Below are positions 20,129 to 31,032 of a stretch of 62,795 nucleotides of DNA, in pieces. A model generated the notes under the pieces. The model saw only the letters and a program-made list of their open reading frames with translations. It was not told where the DNA came from and searched no databases. Origin of the DNA: a virus (taxonomy: Duplodnaviria > Caudoviricetes); the IMG/VR virus record IMGVR_UViG_3300025151_000035, positions 1 through 62,795 of that record; one strand, written 5' to 3'. Made by a program: the position numbers and the translations under genes. How positions within the stretch are numbered: the first letter of the stretch is position 1; each line of letters begins with the position of its first letter.

Positions 20129-22849
20129 TTATTTTTTTTGAGCCTCGTAATTCTTCCAAAACTGTGCTTCTGCCTCTTCTCTAGTCATACCATACTTATC
20201 CATAAACATTTTAATTGCCCCTTCTTTTACTTCATATTCATCTACTCCAGCAGGCAATGTTCTATTGATATATTCTTTTTTGTATAATCCAGAAGCAAGT
20301 TCATTTCCAAGCTCTCCCATTACAGATCCCATATACTTCTTACGCATGTTCTCAAACGACTGCTTTCTAAGAGACTCTGCTCTTCTAGATTCAGATGTTG
20401 TAAGATCTTTACGTTGGTTAGCCATATCTGCCTGAAGCTTTGCTTGCTGATTAAGTTGCTGTTCTGTAGCACTTGCCTGTCTATTGATATCATAAACATT
20501 TTGTGCAGCCTCTTCTTGAGCTCTTAAGCTTATCATTCTAGCAGCATTAAGCTGTCCTTGTCCAGAACCTATTCTTTGCTGTATTCCTCTTTTAGCAGCT
20601 ACAAGCTCAGATTCTCTTGCTCCTACTCTTGTATCTTTAGCTCTATCTATAAATACTTTTTCAGCTTTTACATCTCTTGCTGTAATAGGAGCTACAGGTG
20701 TATACTTTTGACTCATAGTCATACCTATATCACCAGCTGCACCAGCTACACTAGCTAAAGGTGCACCATATTCAGCTAAAAATTTTCCAGTAGCTGTTCT
20801 TACTACTCTTTCTTCATCAGGGTTTCCACCATTTCCATACTTCATAAGTCCACCATATCTAGCACTTTTCTTATTTCTATTAGCAAAGTTTCTAGCAGCT
20901 TCCTCACTGCCAAAACCCCACTTCTTAAGTGCTAAAGCTTTTCTTGTAGGCTCACCTTTTTCATTTTTCATAGGCCCTTTCATACCTGCAAATCTTGCAG
21001 CAAAAGAAACTCTACGTGGGTTTGTACCTGAACTTACAGGAGCTTTTAAGTTAGAACCTTCTGCTTTTGCAGATGCTCTACCTTTTGCATTTAGTCCCCC
21101 GCTAGGATTCTGTCCTTCTTTACGTGTCCAGGCTGGACTTTTAAATCCACCTTTCTTATACTCAAGGTATCCTCCGTCTCTTTTAGACTCTCTTAAAGCT
21201 TTTGCTGTAGGAGCTCCTTCAGACCCAGGCTTACGCATCTTTTCTCCAGATCCAGCTGCTATTCTTTTCCTTTTAGCATGGATATTAGCCCATAGACCTC
21301 CTCCTTTATACTCACTGAGATACTTTTGTGCTTCTGCATCAGACATGTGGGATTCTAATCTAGACTCAAGTACTTCTTTAGGTAGTTTACCACCTTCTTC
21401 CATGTAGTGCATCATGCCTCCATCTCTCTTAGCAAAGTTCTTTGCAAAGTTTGCTTTCTTTCTCATCTCTGGTGAGTATTTACCTTCAGGAGCGCTGAGA
21501 ATTTTACTTGCTGCTTCTTGTACTCCCATACCCATTTTAGATGCTTGAGCTTTAAATGTACCTCGTTTAGCAGGGTCAATATGGATACCTCCACCTTTGT
21601 ACTTCATCATACCACCATACTTTGCGTATAGTTTACTGGGATCTCTTTTAGCTGCAAGCTCTTGCTCTATTCTTAGCTTTTCAATATCTCCAGGTCTAGC
21701 TCCTTTTTTCTTCATTTGTTCAAATTTTTTAGCAAAGCTCATACCTCCGGTTTTAAGATGGTCTGACCAGATATATTTTTTAGAGGCAACTCCTCCTCCT
21801 CTCATTTCTTCTATAATCTCTCCTCCTTCTAATTCAGAGTCTACTACACCATCTCCACTAAGATCCATAGGTACACCACCGTTCTCATGTGAGGGACCTG
21901 TTACTTTTGTAAAGCCTCCACCCATATACTTCATTAAACCTCCATATCGTGCTGATGGAACATTAAAATATTGTTGCGCATTCATTGCTGCGTTTTTAGC
22001 TTTTTGCTCTTCAGCTCTCTGCTCTAGCTTTTTTCTATCTGCAACTAATCTATCATAATCAGCTCCAAGTTTTTGTTGTTTAGATCCATAGTCTGCTGCA
22101 GCTCCTTCACTTGCAGCTGCCATAATTCCTCCTATAGCAACAGGTATAGCTGCAAAAGGTCCGAGCACTGGAGTTAAACTGGCTCCAACTGTTGCAATAC
22201 TTTGACCTACAGAAGATACACCTTTAGATGTAGCTATCTTCCTATTATATTCTTCAAGTTTAGCTTTAGTATCTTTATTGTAATACCTATTAGGATCGTC
22301 AATAGTTTTCTTTTTAGCTGCTTGAGCTATAACTCCTGTTACTCCTGGCAGAGCTTGAGAAACACCCTCTGCAATTGCTTGGTCTCGTTCTTGCTTTGAA
22401 GGACCTTTAGGATCAGGTTTGTACTCAGCTTTCATAATATCAGACCTGTTAGACCTGTCTCCAAACGCTGTCTTTGTATCTTTATAATAGTCAGTAAGAG
22501 ATCTAGGCTCTAAGCTTCTATCTAAAGAAGTATCCAGACCAGTAAAAGAAGGATCTGAAACATTTGATAAATGTCCTGAAGAAAAACTAGGAGTAGTGCT
22601 GCCTCCATATAAAGTATTGAACTTGGAAACTGCTGCATCATATGATGGAGTAGTTTGAAGATAATTGCCTGATCCTAGACTATAACCTGTATTTAAACCT
22701 CCAGACCCCAAATTGCCTGTACCAAAACCTGTACTTGGTGTAGTAGGAATTGTAGGTGTAACCATACTTCCTGTCTGATACTTTTTAAGAGGACTTTTTT
22801 TCTTCCTGCTCTTACCTTTTACAGTGGATTTTTTGCTAGATCTTCTCAT
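20129..22849 (-). CDS. putative cargo protein with a membrane hairpin and YxxGG-delimited basic modules
   Basis: 906 aa; hydrophobic SIATVGASLTPVLGPFAAIPVAIGGIMAAA segment; GPSHENGG domain; repeated (R/K)(Y/D)GG-x-(M/L)-x-Y-x(2,3)-GG linkers; directly follows the muzzle gene. Confidence 0.7.
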   Translation of the reverse strand: MRRSSKKSTVKGKSRKKKSPLKKYQTGSMVTPTIPTTPSTGFGTGNLGSGGLNTGYSLGSGNYLQTTPSYDAAVSKFNTLYGGSTTPSFSSGHLSNVSDPSFTGLDTSLDRSLEPRSLTDYYKDTKTAFGDRSNRSDIMKAEYKPDPKGPSKQERDQAIAEGVSQALPGVTGVIAQAAKKKTIDDPNRYYNKDTKAKLEEYNRKIATSKGVSSVGQSIATVGASLTPVLGPFAAIPVAIGGIMAAASEGAAADYGSKQQKLGADYDRLVADRKKLEQRAEEQKAKNAAMNAQQYFNVPSARYGGLMKYMGGGFTKVTGPSHENGGVPMDLSGDGVVDSELEGGEIIEEMRGGGVASKKYIWSDHLKTGGMSFAKKFEQMKKKGARPGDIEKLRIEQELAAKRDPSKLYAKYGGMMKYKGGGIHIDPAKRGTFKAQASKMGMGVQEAASKILSAPEGKYSPEMRKKANFAKNFAKRDGGMMHYMEEGGKLPKEVLESRLESHMSDAEAQKYLSEYKGGGLWANIHAKRKRIAAGSGEKMRKPGSEGAPTAKALRESKRDGGYLEYKKGGFKSPAWTRKEGQNPSGGLNAKGRASAKAEGSNLKAPVSSGTNPRRVSFAARFAGMKGPMKNEKGEPTRKALALKKWGFGSEEAARNFANRNKKSARYGGLMKYGNGGNPDEERVVRTATGKFLAEYGAPLASVAGAAGDIGMTMSQKYTPVAPITARDVKAEKVFIDRAKDTRVGARESELVAAKRGIQQRIGSGQGQLNAARMISLRAQEEAAQNVYDINRQASATEQQLNQQAKLQADMANQRKDLTTSESRRAESLRKQSFENMRKKYMGSVMGELGNELASGLYKKEYINRTLPAGVDEYEVKEGAIKMFMDKYGMTREEAEAQFWKNYEAQKK

Positions 22850-25800
22850 CGGTCTTGGATTCTATATGGAGCTTCAGTATTATACAAATTTATCAAATTA
22901 TTATCAAGGTTATTGCAGATCAATCGAAGTGCTAAGAACCTGTCTATAAATTTACCTTGCTTATTCCAAGGCTTAGTCAAGTCTAAGTAGCTAGTATTGA
23001 ATGTTTCATACATACCATCTACTGTAAACATTGCTAAAGGAGTAGCTGTAGGAACACTTGTAGTAACTGTACCGGCAACTGTAGCTCCTGTTATACCGTA
23101 GTTACCTCCTGTAAATGGTCCTGTGTAATAAATAGCACTATCTGCTACCTCTAAAGACATATCTCTGAACTGATTTACTTTCCATGATCCTCCTGTTTTT
23201 CGAGTATTGATCATGTACTCTATATCAGACTCTCCAGAGTTTGCATCAGAGTTATATACTATGAATGAAGTAAACCCTGCATTTAAATCTTTGATATCCC
23301 TATTACCAGATGTTTGAGGTTCAAATACATCTGCTAACCAGTTGATGCTATAGAATAGTTTATTGTTTCCTCTTTGGAAGTTATGGATTATCTCTAGCTC
23401 AAAATTAGAAGGGGTCTGTCCATAGAACTTGCCTAAGTGAGACCCTCTATCATGACGGTAAATACCTCTATCTGTAGCTGTAGAGTATCCGTTTACAAAA
23501 GAGTAAAAGTCTATTCCTAGTGTAGCATAGATATAGGGTACGTAATCGTGGAAAGAGGTCCAACTACCTGCTTTACCTTGAGATATTTCAACTGTAAACG
23601 AAATAGTCCATCCGGTCTGTTCAAAATACCTATTTATTTGAACGTCATCACTCTCTGCAACGATATCAAAAGGTTGCCAGCTCTGCAAAGCTCCTTCTGT
23701 CACTAATCTATAATAAGATCCGTTTACCCATATTACTCCTGTAGCCCCAGCTGTAAATGCTGCTGTAGTGCTTTTATACTCTCCACTATAGTCTCTGATA
23801 AAAGTAGCTGTAGGTTTTATATCTCTCTTTGTAAGTATAACTCTACTATACCTTTGATCCCATACAGCATGAAATCCCATTCCAGTTATAGGACTATCTA
23901 TAAGTCCATCAAACCCATATGCTTCTAGTGCAAAAGGAATATTTGTTTGGAACCATCGCTGCATACCGTAAGCTGTAGATGTAAGATCTATAGGGGAGGA
24001 TCCTACTATAAAGAATATCTTTCTGGTTTTTACATCCACTGAAAAATATCCATTAGGAGTAATTACAGATGCTCTCTGTGCTCTTGTACCTACATATCCT
24101 GTATCTGCCATTACAAGCTCGTCAGGATCTTGTGCAAAAAGATCTCCGCTTCCTACATAAGCACTGGTCCCGTCGTCAAGCTTCATCTTCTGCTTTCCTT
24201 TGGTACGGAAAAGAGTGTCTTCCATATGGAAATAGAGCAGGTTATCAGCACTTATAAGTTTCCAAAGCTCTCCTTTATGTGTAGGTAGTTCTCTATACTG
24301 ATCTACTTTAAAAATCCTATAAGTATCGATGATACTATCTCTTTCAAGCTTGTTGGATCTGATTACCCGGCCTGGAAAGCTTGTAGTTTCATCTATATTC
24401 AGTGGCTTTGGAAATACTGATTTAATATCATTTACAGATGAATAAGCTTCATTGTACCTCATGTTACCAGTTCCATCATCTGGTGCATATGTAAGGTCTT
24501 CATCTGCTTTTATATCTAACAGATCTGCAACAGGTGCTCCTGGAAAATAGGTTGATTTTAAATCTTGTATATGTCTAAAGTTGATGTTATCTGTGCTTTC
24601 TACAATAGCCATAAACACAGATTTTATATCTTCTCCTGTAGGAAAATAAGCTCTGTTAAGAGTCTGCTCTCTTGAAGTTGTCCTATATCCGTGTCGACAT
24701 ATAAATGTATCTCCCCCATAGATATCTTCAGTCTCAAATCTATTAGGTAAAGCTGTATTAGGTGCCGGTATAGGAGTTCCGTTATCATCTACTACAAAGT
24801 TATCCAGATCATCTCCTACTACTTCGTATCCTGTCCATACAAGGTCCTGTACATCAAAAGAGTTATATAGATTAGTTCTAAATGCTTTTAAGTTTGCAAG
24901 TAAAAGTGTTAGCCCTTTTGAGTCTTCATTATCAGTACTAAGGTTAGAAAAAGAGATAGGAGAACTATTTGCATTAGAACTATAATTATTCCAATTCCAT
25001 GGAGATGAAGTTCCTATACCTCCTCCTGAAACAGTATTTGGTGTAGGTACTTGAGTAGTAGCCAGGGCTAAAATAGTTTCTCCTCCAATATTGTATATTT
25101 CTTCGTTGAATCCAAAAGCCTTCCCTTTAAATCTTATGTTACCATTTACGTACGCTTTTGCTTTATCTCTTAAAACATAATTTGCTCTCGGGCTTGAGCC
25201 TGGACCTGTAATAGAAGAAATGTGATTTCCTGCTGCAAAAAATGCAGTCCATACGCTAGGAGACACACATGACGAAGCTCCTTCACCAGTTATAAGCGGG
25301 TCTGGATATACCTCATCATTGTAAAAAGTAGTATTACCTCTAAATTGATATGTACCTAGAAGGTATTGAGTTTTAATGTGCGTAGCCGGAGTAACATCTT
25401 TCTGTCCATTTAAAAGATAAAAATCATGAAAAGAAAACTCTCTAATTAAAGATTCTGAGTTTTTACGTGTTGGCGCACCTACAGGGTACAGATAGTCTGA
25501 AGAGTCTGTAATAGTGTTTGGTATAGGCTGATACCCTGGACAATTAGCAGTGTCTCTATCAAACCTCATGTCCATATCATGTATAGGATTTTGTCCTAGT
25601 ACAGTTCTATTTTCATGGGTTCTATTAGCATAGTATATTCTAAATCCTTGAACCTTATCTGCAATAGATTTAGGAATCTTAATATCACTTAATTTAAACC
25701 CTAAAGCTTGAACAGTATTTGTAATTGCTGATTCCTCTGTATCTTCAAATACAGGCTCACATGTAGCCCATGCAATCCATCCAGGTCTTGAACTTGCCGC

Positions 25801-28155
25801 CTTAGGAGGAAATTTATAGGGGGAATTACCTCCATTTCCTTTTGGATCCATCCAGCAGTATGAATTATTTCCTACAGTCCAACTTCCACGTACCCATCCA
25901 AAAGCTGTATTTCCACAAGCAGCATTACTACCTGCAGGAATATTTGGGGTGTCTCTCCACCATCCCAACATCACATAAGATCCTTGAGGCGGAGCTGTAC
26001 CTGCATAAACATGCTGTACTTCTGCAATATTTTCAGGGTCTTCTTCACACCAATGCCAATCTTCTGGGCTAACTTCTCCATTTACAAAATCTTGAAATGC
26101 GCCATCTCTTGGATCTGTAATTGTATTTCTAGGGGGATTACAGCTGTTAGTATTCATACCATCCCAATAGCTACACACATTATCAGTCACAGCTACATTT
26201 ATACCATCTACAAAATCTTCAAAATCAGGACAACTAGAATTTTCATTCATGCCTCCTGCAGAAAAACTAGCTATAGAGTAATGATTAGATTGTCCTCCCC
26301 CACTACCACCACCTATATTTTCTCCATCTATATTACAATCATTAAGCGCTCTATACCAAGTATAGTTTACTACAAGTTTTATTTTAGTTCCTGCAGACAC
26401 AGTTGTAGACGGTCCACTGGATCTTGTTACTGTAGCTCTGTCAGGATTAAGATTTGATGGGAATCTATGATGTCTTACATTCTCTGTCCTTAAAGAAGGA
26501 TTAGTCACATTTGGTTGTTGAGCATCTACTACATCAAAATCTTCTGTATCTGGATAAAACTCATTTAAGTTTTGCCAGTAATTCATTTTCTTACTAGCCT
26601 GCAGAGTAGAGAAATCATACCATTGAAAAAAGTAAGAAATAGGGTTTTGCCACCCTCCTGTAATATTTAGTATGTGCCAATTATTATACCCATTTCCTGG
26701 AGTATAAAGTTTATCATCTTCATTTATATATGTAAAAAGGCTAGTTCCGCTTACCCACTCGTCTGTTGTACCATTTCTAAGTTCTGGAACAAGAGTTCTA
26801 AGCACATTTTTAAGAGGGCCTCTACCAGGAATATGATAAGCATAACTCATGCTACCATCTCTAAGAATGAATGCTATATAGAATGCATATACTTCTTCTC
26901 TTGTATATCCTTTATATTTAAAAATATTCAAGGCATCTCTATATCCTTGATCTCTTTCCCATTTAACACCTGTTTTTTTGTTTTGAAGGTTATCGAGACT
27001 GAGTTGAAAAGGATCAAATGGGTTAAACTCTTTTACTACAGATTCTAATGAGATATAATTAGCATACTTTTGATATCCAAGATCTCGTGTGGCTTCTAGG
27101 TTTCCTAAGTAAAGAGTTCCATCTAACTGTGTAATAGACTTAGCAACATCGTATGAAGCTTTATCTATAGTAACTTCTTCTATACTGAATAGCTCAGAAC
27201 CTCTTTCTCCTGAGTACACAACTTCCATTTCAGGGTTGCCAAGGATCTCAAGTTCTGGAAGCTTTCTTGCCTGTCTTCCTTCTCCTACATCAAATACTAT
27301 TGCAGCAGTAAGAAACTTATAATCTGTATTGATATTGGTTACTTTCCACTTTATAGATTTTCCAGTGGGAGTTCCTGCAGGAGCACCGTCATAAGATTCT
27401 ATAGGGTATATACCTTCTGTAGCAGGAACTACAGATACAGGATTTGCTACAGTTACAAAGTTTGTTCTTGTAAAATCCTCATCTGTATAAGCTAGCGCTA
27501 AGTAGTATACTCCACTTTTACACTCTCCACCCATATTAATAGTAGCCTCATCTACATGAGGAACTGTTCCTGCATTGGGAAATAAATCTAATATTCCTAC
27601 GTAAGATCTATTATTAGAAGTTAAAAGATCTACACCATAGATTCTACCTATAGCGCTATTTTGCTGTCTTGTAATATTCAGTGTACGAGGAGGGTTAAGA
27701 TCGTCTGTCCAATATATTACCTGGTCTCCATCTCCCTGCTCTACAAATGTTCCTTCAATAGGATTACTCTCTTGAAAGTTTAAAGTCTTTCCTATAGGAT
27801 CCCATGTAGGATCTGCATTTTCTTCAGCAAGACTAAGAATAGTTTCATATACTCCGTCACTGTAGATACCTATTTTACAAGAAGCATCCAACTGAGTATT
27901 AGGATTGTCCACTCTTAAGAATAGAGCTATCTTATTATCTAATATAGGTATAGCTCCTATTACAGTACTGTACTCCGGCAATGAAGCCATAAGAGTATTA
28001 CCCTCCTCATTGGATATGGCTCCATAAGCTCTATTGACCACTGCATTTTTTGCATAGCGTACGGTTCCTGCAGGCTGATCTAAATGAGAAGTATCTTTAA
28101 ATAACCCTTGGATATACCGTATTGAAGAAGGCTGATTAGAATCGTTTTCTGCCAT
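22846..28155 (-). CDS. tail stabilisation / muzzle protein (P22 gp10-like)
   Basis: 1769 aa; RYAKNAV...ISNEEGN, IYWTDDLNPPR, GGDTFICR and WTSFHDY motifs of crAss-like stabilisation proteins; synteny. Confidence 0.85.
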   Translation of the reverse strand: MAENDSNQPSSIRYIQGLFKDTSHLDQPAGTVRYAKNAVVNRAYGAISNEEGNTLMASLPEYSTVIGAIPILDNKIALFLRVDNPNTQLDASCKIGIYSDGVYETILSLAEENADPTWDPIGKTLNFQESNPIEGTFVEQGDGDQVIYWTDDLNPPRTLNITRQQNSAIGRIYGVDLLTSNNRSYVGILDLFPNAGTVPHVDEATINMGGECKSGVYYLALAYTDEDFTRTNFVTVANPVSVVPATEGIYPIESYDGAPAGTPTGKSIKWKVTNINTDYKFLTAAIVFDVGEGRQARKLPELEILGNPEMEVVYSGERGSELFSIEEVTIDKASYDVAKSITQLDGTLYLGNLEATRDLGYQKYANYISLESVVKEFNPFDPFQLSLDNLQNKKTGVKWERDQGYRDALNIFKYKGYTREEVYAFYIAFILRDGSMSYAYHIPGRGPLKNVLRTLVPELRNGTTDEWVSGTSLFTYINEDDKLYTPGNGYNNWHILNITGGWQNPISYFFQWYDFSTLQASKKMNYWQNLNEFYPDTEDFDVVDAQQPNVTNPSLRTENVRHHRFPSNLNPDRATVTRSSGPSTTVSAGTKIKLVVNYTWYRALNDCNIDGENIGGGSGGGQSNHYSIASFSAGGMNENSSCPDFEDFVDGINVAVTDNVCSYWDGMNTNSCNPPRNTITDPRDGAFQDFVNGEVSPEDWHWCEEDPENIAEVQHVYAGTAPPQGSYVMLGWWRDTPNIPAGSNAACGNTAFGWVRGSWTVGNNSYCWMDPKGNGGNSPYKFPPKAASSRPGWIAWATCEPVFEDTEESAITNTVQALGFKLSDIKIPKSIADKVQGFRIYYANRTHENRTVLGQNPIHDMDMRFDRDTANCPGYQPIPNTITDSSDYLYPVGAPTRKNSESLIREFSFHDFYLLNGQKDVTPATHIKTQYLLGTYQFRGNTTFYNDEVYPDPLITGEGASSCVSPSVWTAFFAAGNHISSITGPGSSPRANYVLRDKAKAYVNGNIRFKGKAFGFNEEIYNIGGETILALATTQVPTPNTVSGGGIGTSSPWNWNNYSSNANSSPISFSNLSTDNEDSKGLTLLLANLKAFRTNLYNSFDVQDLVWTGYEVVGDDLDNFVVDDNGTPIPAPNTALPNRFETEDIYGGDTFICRHGYRTTSREQTLNRAYFPTGEDIKSVFMAIVESTDNINFRHIQDLKSTYFPGAPVADLLDIKADEDLTYAPDDGTGNMRYNEAYSSVNDIKSVFPKPLNIDETTSFPGRVIRSNKLERDSIIDTYRIFKVDQYRELPTHKGELWKLISADNLLYFHMEDTLFRTKGKQKMKLDDGTSAYVGSGDLFAQDPDELVMADTGYVGTRAQRASVITPNGYFSVDVKTRKIFFIVGSSPIDLTSTAYGMQRWFQTNIPFALEAYGFDGLIDSPITGMGFHAVWDQRYSRVILTKRDIKPTATFIRDYSGEYKSTTAAFTAGATGVIWVNGSYYRLVTEGALQSWQPFDIVAESDDVQINRYFEQTGWTISFTVEISQGKAGSWTSFHDYVPYIYATLGIDFYSFVNGYSTATDRGIYRHDRGSHLGKFYGQTPSNFELEIIHNFQRGNNKLFYSINWLADVFEPQTSGNRDIKDLNAGFTSFIVYNSDANSGESDIEYMINTRKTGGSWKVNQFRDMSLEVADSAIYYTGPFTGGNYGITGATVAGTVTTSVPTATPLAMFTVDGMYETFNTSYLDLTKPWNKQGKFIDRFLALRLICNNLDNNLINLYNTEAPYRIQDR

Positions 28156-28158
28156 ATC

Positions 28159-29124
28159 TTAGAAATTATCTTCTGTAAACCGTTCCCGATCATTCATTGT
28201 CTCAAAGAAATAGTGATGAGCATTGATATCAGGAGTAAGTCTTACCCACTGATTCAAGAATGATTCATACTTATCTATATCTGGATAGTTAGCAGAGTTA
28301 CGTGCTTGTGTACAGTAGTTCTGCCACATTGCTTCTGCATACTCATATCCTATCTTCTGATTTCTTCCGGGGATAGCTTGAAGAAGTAACTTCTTGTAGA
28401 TATACCAAAACATTGCCTCCCTGAAAGAAATATCATCAGGTACCATAGGAAAACACTCATCATCTACTGGGAATGCCATATAGCTTATGCATACCTTACC
28501 GTCAGAAAATGAAGTTTTGATGTGATCACAATCTATTATGTAGGTATCCTTATATCTGATATTTGCATTTACACAGTCATCACAGTGAATGCTTGCATGG
28601 AATGTAGATGCTCCATATTGAAGCGGTGCTAGACAATTATTGTCTGAGAAGTAAACATTATTGAGTACGCCTATGCGTGAGTTTATTTCTCTTAGCTGTT
28701 CAGTATTGGTCTTATACCTTGTATCAAAAGTATCTATATCTTCTGTAGTAAGTGATGATACATATCTGCCATCTGCAGTTCTTGATACCAGCTCATTTAC
28801 ACTGTCGTAATAAGTCCCAAGATCTGCATTAAGTGCGTCTATCTGCTTATTAAGTATATCAAGTTCGTTATCTACATTAGGAGATACACAGGTATTCACT
28901 GCTACCTGATTGATGTAATATAGATCTCCTGGTAAGCATGCTCTATGATCTTTGATGTCCAGAACACATTGCTTACGGCAAAGCTGAGGTGCGGACCCTA
29001 TATGCTCTAGAGCCTCTCCTATCCATTCTATAGCATCATGTACAAAGTCAGCTGTAGCCGGCTTTATATCTCTGAATACTTTACGTACTATCTCTTTACT
29101 TGATACGTGCTTATAGATCGCCAT
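28159..29124 (-). CDS. tail tubular / ring protein
   Basis: 321 aa; DAIEWIGEAL, ISYMAFPVDDECFPMVPD motifs; immediately upstream of the muzzle gene. Confidence 0.75.
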   Translation of the reverse strand: MAIYKHVSSKEIVRKVFRDIKPATADFVHDAIEWIGEALEHIGSAPQLCRKQCVLDIKDHRACLPGDLYYINQVAVNTCVSPNVDNELDILNKQIDALNADLGTYYDSVNELVSRTADGRYVSSLTTEDIDTFDTRYKTNTEQLREINSRIGVLNNVYFSDNNCLAPLQYGASTFHASIHCDDCVNANIRYKDTYIIDCDHIKTSFSDGKVCISYMAFPVDDECFPMVPDDISFREAMFWYIYKKLLLQAIPGRNQKIGYEYAEAMWQNYCTQARNSANYPDIDKYESFLNQWVRLTPDINAHHYFFETMNDRERFTEDNF

Positions 29125-29602
29125 TTTTGTATTCTTTAAATCTTAGATATGCCAGGTCATCAGTATTTATAAGGTTTATAAGTTTTTGCTTATTACCTTT
29201 TACACCTCTGGTAGGATCAAATCTATATACTGTTTTATTCTTTACTCTGCACTTATCCTTATACCATCTGAATCTAAAGTACTGTCCATCGGTAAAGTAT
29301 GTCAACCACTTTTCTCCTTTACCGGTCTTGTTATCATAAGGTTGGATATTATTTTCTTCTAATTCCCTCTTTATCTTCAATGACTCTCCCCAGTTCACTC
29401 TTGGAGTTCGTGGGTCTCTTTTCCTTCTCCAGATACTAAGGAAAGAAAGCCTATACCCCATGTCAAAAGATCCTCCTTCTAATAGGTGATCCATAATCCC
29501 ATTATTAAAGCTTATAAGAATCTTTTTAAAAGTCTTATAGTCTACAGGGTCCTTAGACATTTCCTTATAGGTATTGTATATTTCCTTACTTGCTTTGGCC
29601 AC
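29111..29602 (-). CDS. IHF/HU-like DNA-binding protein of the crAss tail module
   Basis: 163 aa, basic; FKKIL...LLEGGSFDMGYRLSFLSI...VNWGES...YFRFRW pattern; conserved location. Confidence 0.65.
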   Translation of the reverse strand: MAKASKEIYNTYKEMSKDPVDYKTFKKILISFNNGIMDHLLEGGSFDMGYRLSFLSIWRRKRDPRTPRVNWGESLKIKRELEENNIQPYDNKTGKGEKWLTYFTDGQYFRFRWYKDKCRVKNKTVYRFDPTRGVKGNKQKLINLINTDDLAYLRFKEYKNGDL

Positions 29603-30293
29603 GTCTACCTTGTGTTTGTTGAGCCATTAAATGTCCTGCTTGTAATGTATCATTCTCTGTATCAGATACGGTTTGAGCTATCATCATAAAGGTACCCTTT
29701 ACAAGTCCATCTGTTATAGCCTGTACCATATCTAAGGGCATTGGAAAATCTGATTGATCGTCATAGCAGTTTCCTCCGTCACATTCAAACTTTGCTACTA
29801 CTTCAGGATCTTCAAATACTCCACGGATATTGATTGTATCCATACCTCCTGGATTGTAGATATACAGTTTGTCCTCTATCATATAGGCTTTACGAGTGTT
29901 TTTAGTAAACCTATCGTAAGGTAAGAATTGAACTGTAAGCGGGTCTACAACCGGTATTGTAATAAGTCCTGAAGGATCTGATACGTGTGTAATAGCATCT
30001 GTAAAGTTGAACCTTACGGTTCTAGGTATATCTACTACTGTACGTACTACATCACATTCTATAGGTAGTTTACAACATTTAGATGCGTTTACTTTTTCAA
30101 GCTCTATACATCCTAAGTCTTGTTCTACATGTCGTGATACTAATCCATTACGAGCAAAATCTCTTCTTAGAAGCATTGCCCGGTAATGTTTTACATTGAA
30201 CTCTATCTGTCTTAGAGATATGTGCTCATTATTGGAAGAGCGACCTCCTCTGTAGAGGTTCAATATGTTGTATGAGATCTCTTTAAGTGTCAT
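29586..30293 (-). CDS. tail ring protein
   Basis: 235 aa; MTLKEISY...RQIEF...QDLGCIEL...IRGVFEDP...FPMP pattern of crAss-like ring proteins. Confidence 0.7.
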   Translation of the reverse strand: MTLKEISYNILNLYRGGRSSNNEHISLRQIEFNVKHYRAMLLRRDFARNGLVSRHVEQDLGCIELEKVNASKCCKLPIECDVVRTVVDIPRTVRFNFTDAITHVSDPSGLITIPVVDPLTVQFLPYDRFTKNTRKAYMIEDKLYIYNPGGMDTINIRGVFEDPEVVAKFECDGGNCYDDQSDFPMPLDMVQAITDGLVKGTFMMIAQTVSDTENDTLQAGHLMAQQTQGRRGQSK

Positions 30294-31032
30294 TTGGATC
30301 TATTACTTTAAGTTTACCTACTACGTATGCCAGTACATCTCCATTGCTACTTAACTGAGATACACTCATTTTTAATGTTTCCCTCTCATTGAATGTTATA
30401 GGGTAGTCAAATTTTTGTATTCTTTCAAACTGAGTTTCTCTATACATAGAAGTGTATACTGTTTGAATTACTTCTTGAGCATCTACTATAGTACTTTTAG
30501 TAAGTTTCCAGGCTAGAGATGTAGTGTTAATAGTTTTAGGGACTACAGATATTGACTCTATTTCTAGCACATGGTTTCTAGGTACAGTAAAACATATTGT
30601 TTCTGATCTAGAAATAGCCTGATCTATAACACAGTAGGGAGTTGCAGGTACACCTGATGTTACAGTTCCTACTCCAGCATATATTACACCTTTATTTACT
30701 CCATCTGCACCAGCATCAATTACTTCAATACCATTAATAGCTCTAAAAGATTGTATAGTTTCTACAGCTGTTTGACCATTAGGTATAACAGTTTCTGATA
30801 CCCTGTCATAGTTAGAATCAAGACCGTACACAGTAATTAAGTGAGCCCCAGCGTTAGTAGGCAGATCTGTAGTTACACTGCTTGAGATGGTTACCCGTCT
30901 TAAAATTTCAGGTATAGGAATTGTTGCCGTAGCTGCTGCTATAGGCCATACGTCTCTTGTAGCAGTTACACCTGAAACATACCCGCTTAAATGCACCGCA
31001 CTTTCAGTGCTATTTATCGGGGTAATTATCAT
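30283..31032 (-). CDS. putative beta-rich structural protein
   Basis: 249 aa, Thr/Val-rich, overlapping its neighbours in the tail operon. Confidence 0.6.
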   Translation of the reverse strand: MIITPINSTESAVHLSGYVSGVTATRDVWPIAAATATIPIPEILRRVTISSSVTTDLPTNAGAHLITVYGLDSNYDRVSETVIPNGQTAVETIQSFRAINGIEVIDAGADGVNKGVIYAGVGTVTSGVPATPYCVIDQAISRSETICFTVPRNHVLEIESISVVPKTINTTSLAWKLTKSTIVDAQEVIQTVYTSMYRETQFERIQKFDYPITFNERETLKMSVSQLSSNGDVLAYVVGKLKVIDPNDT

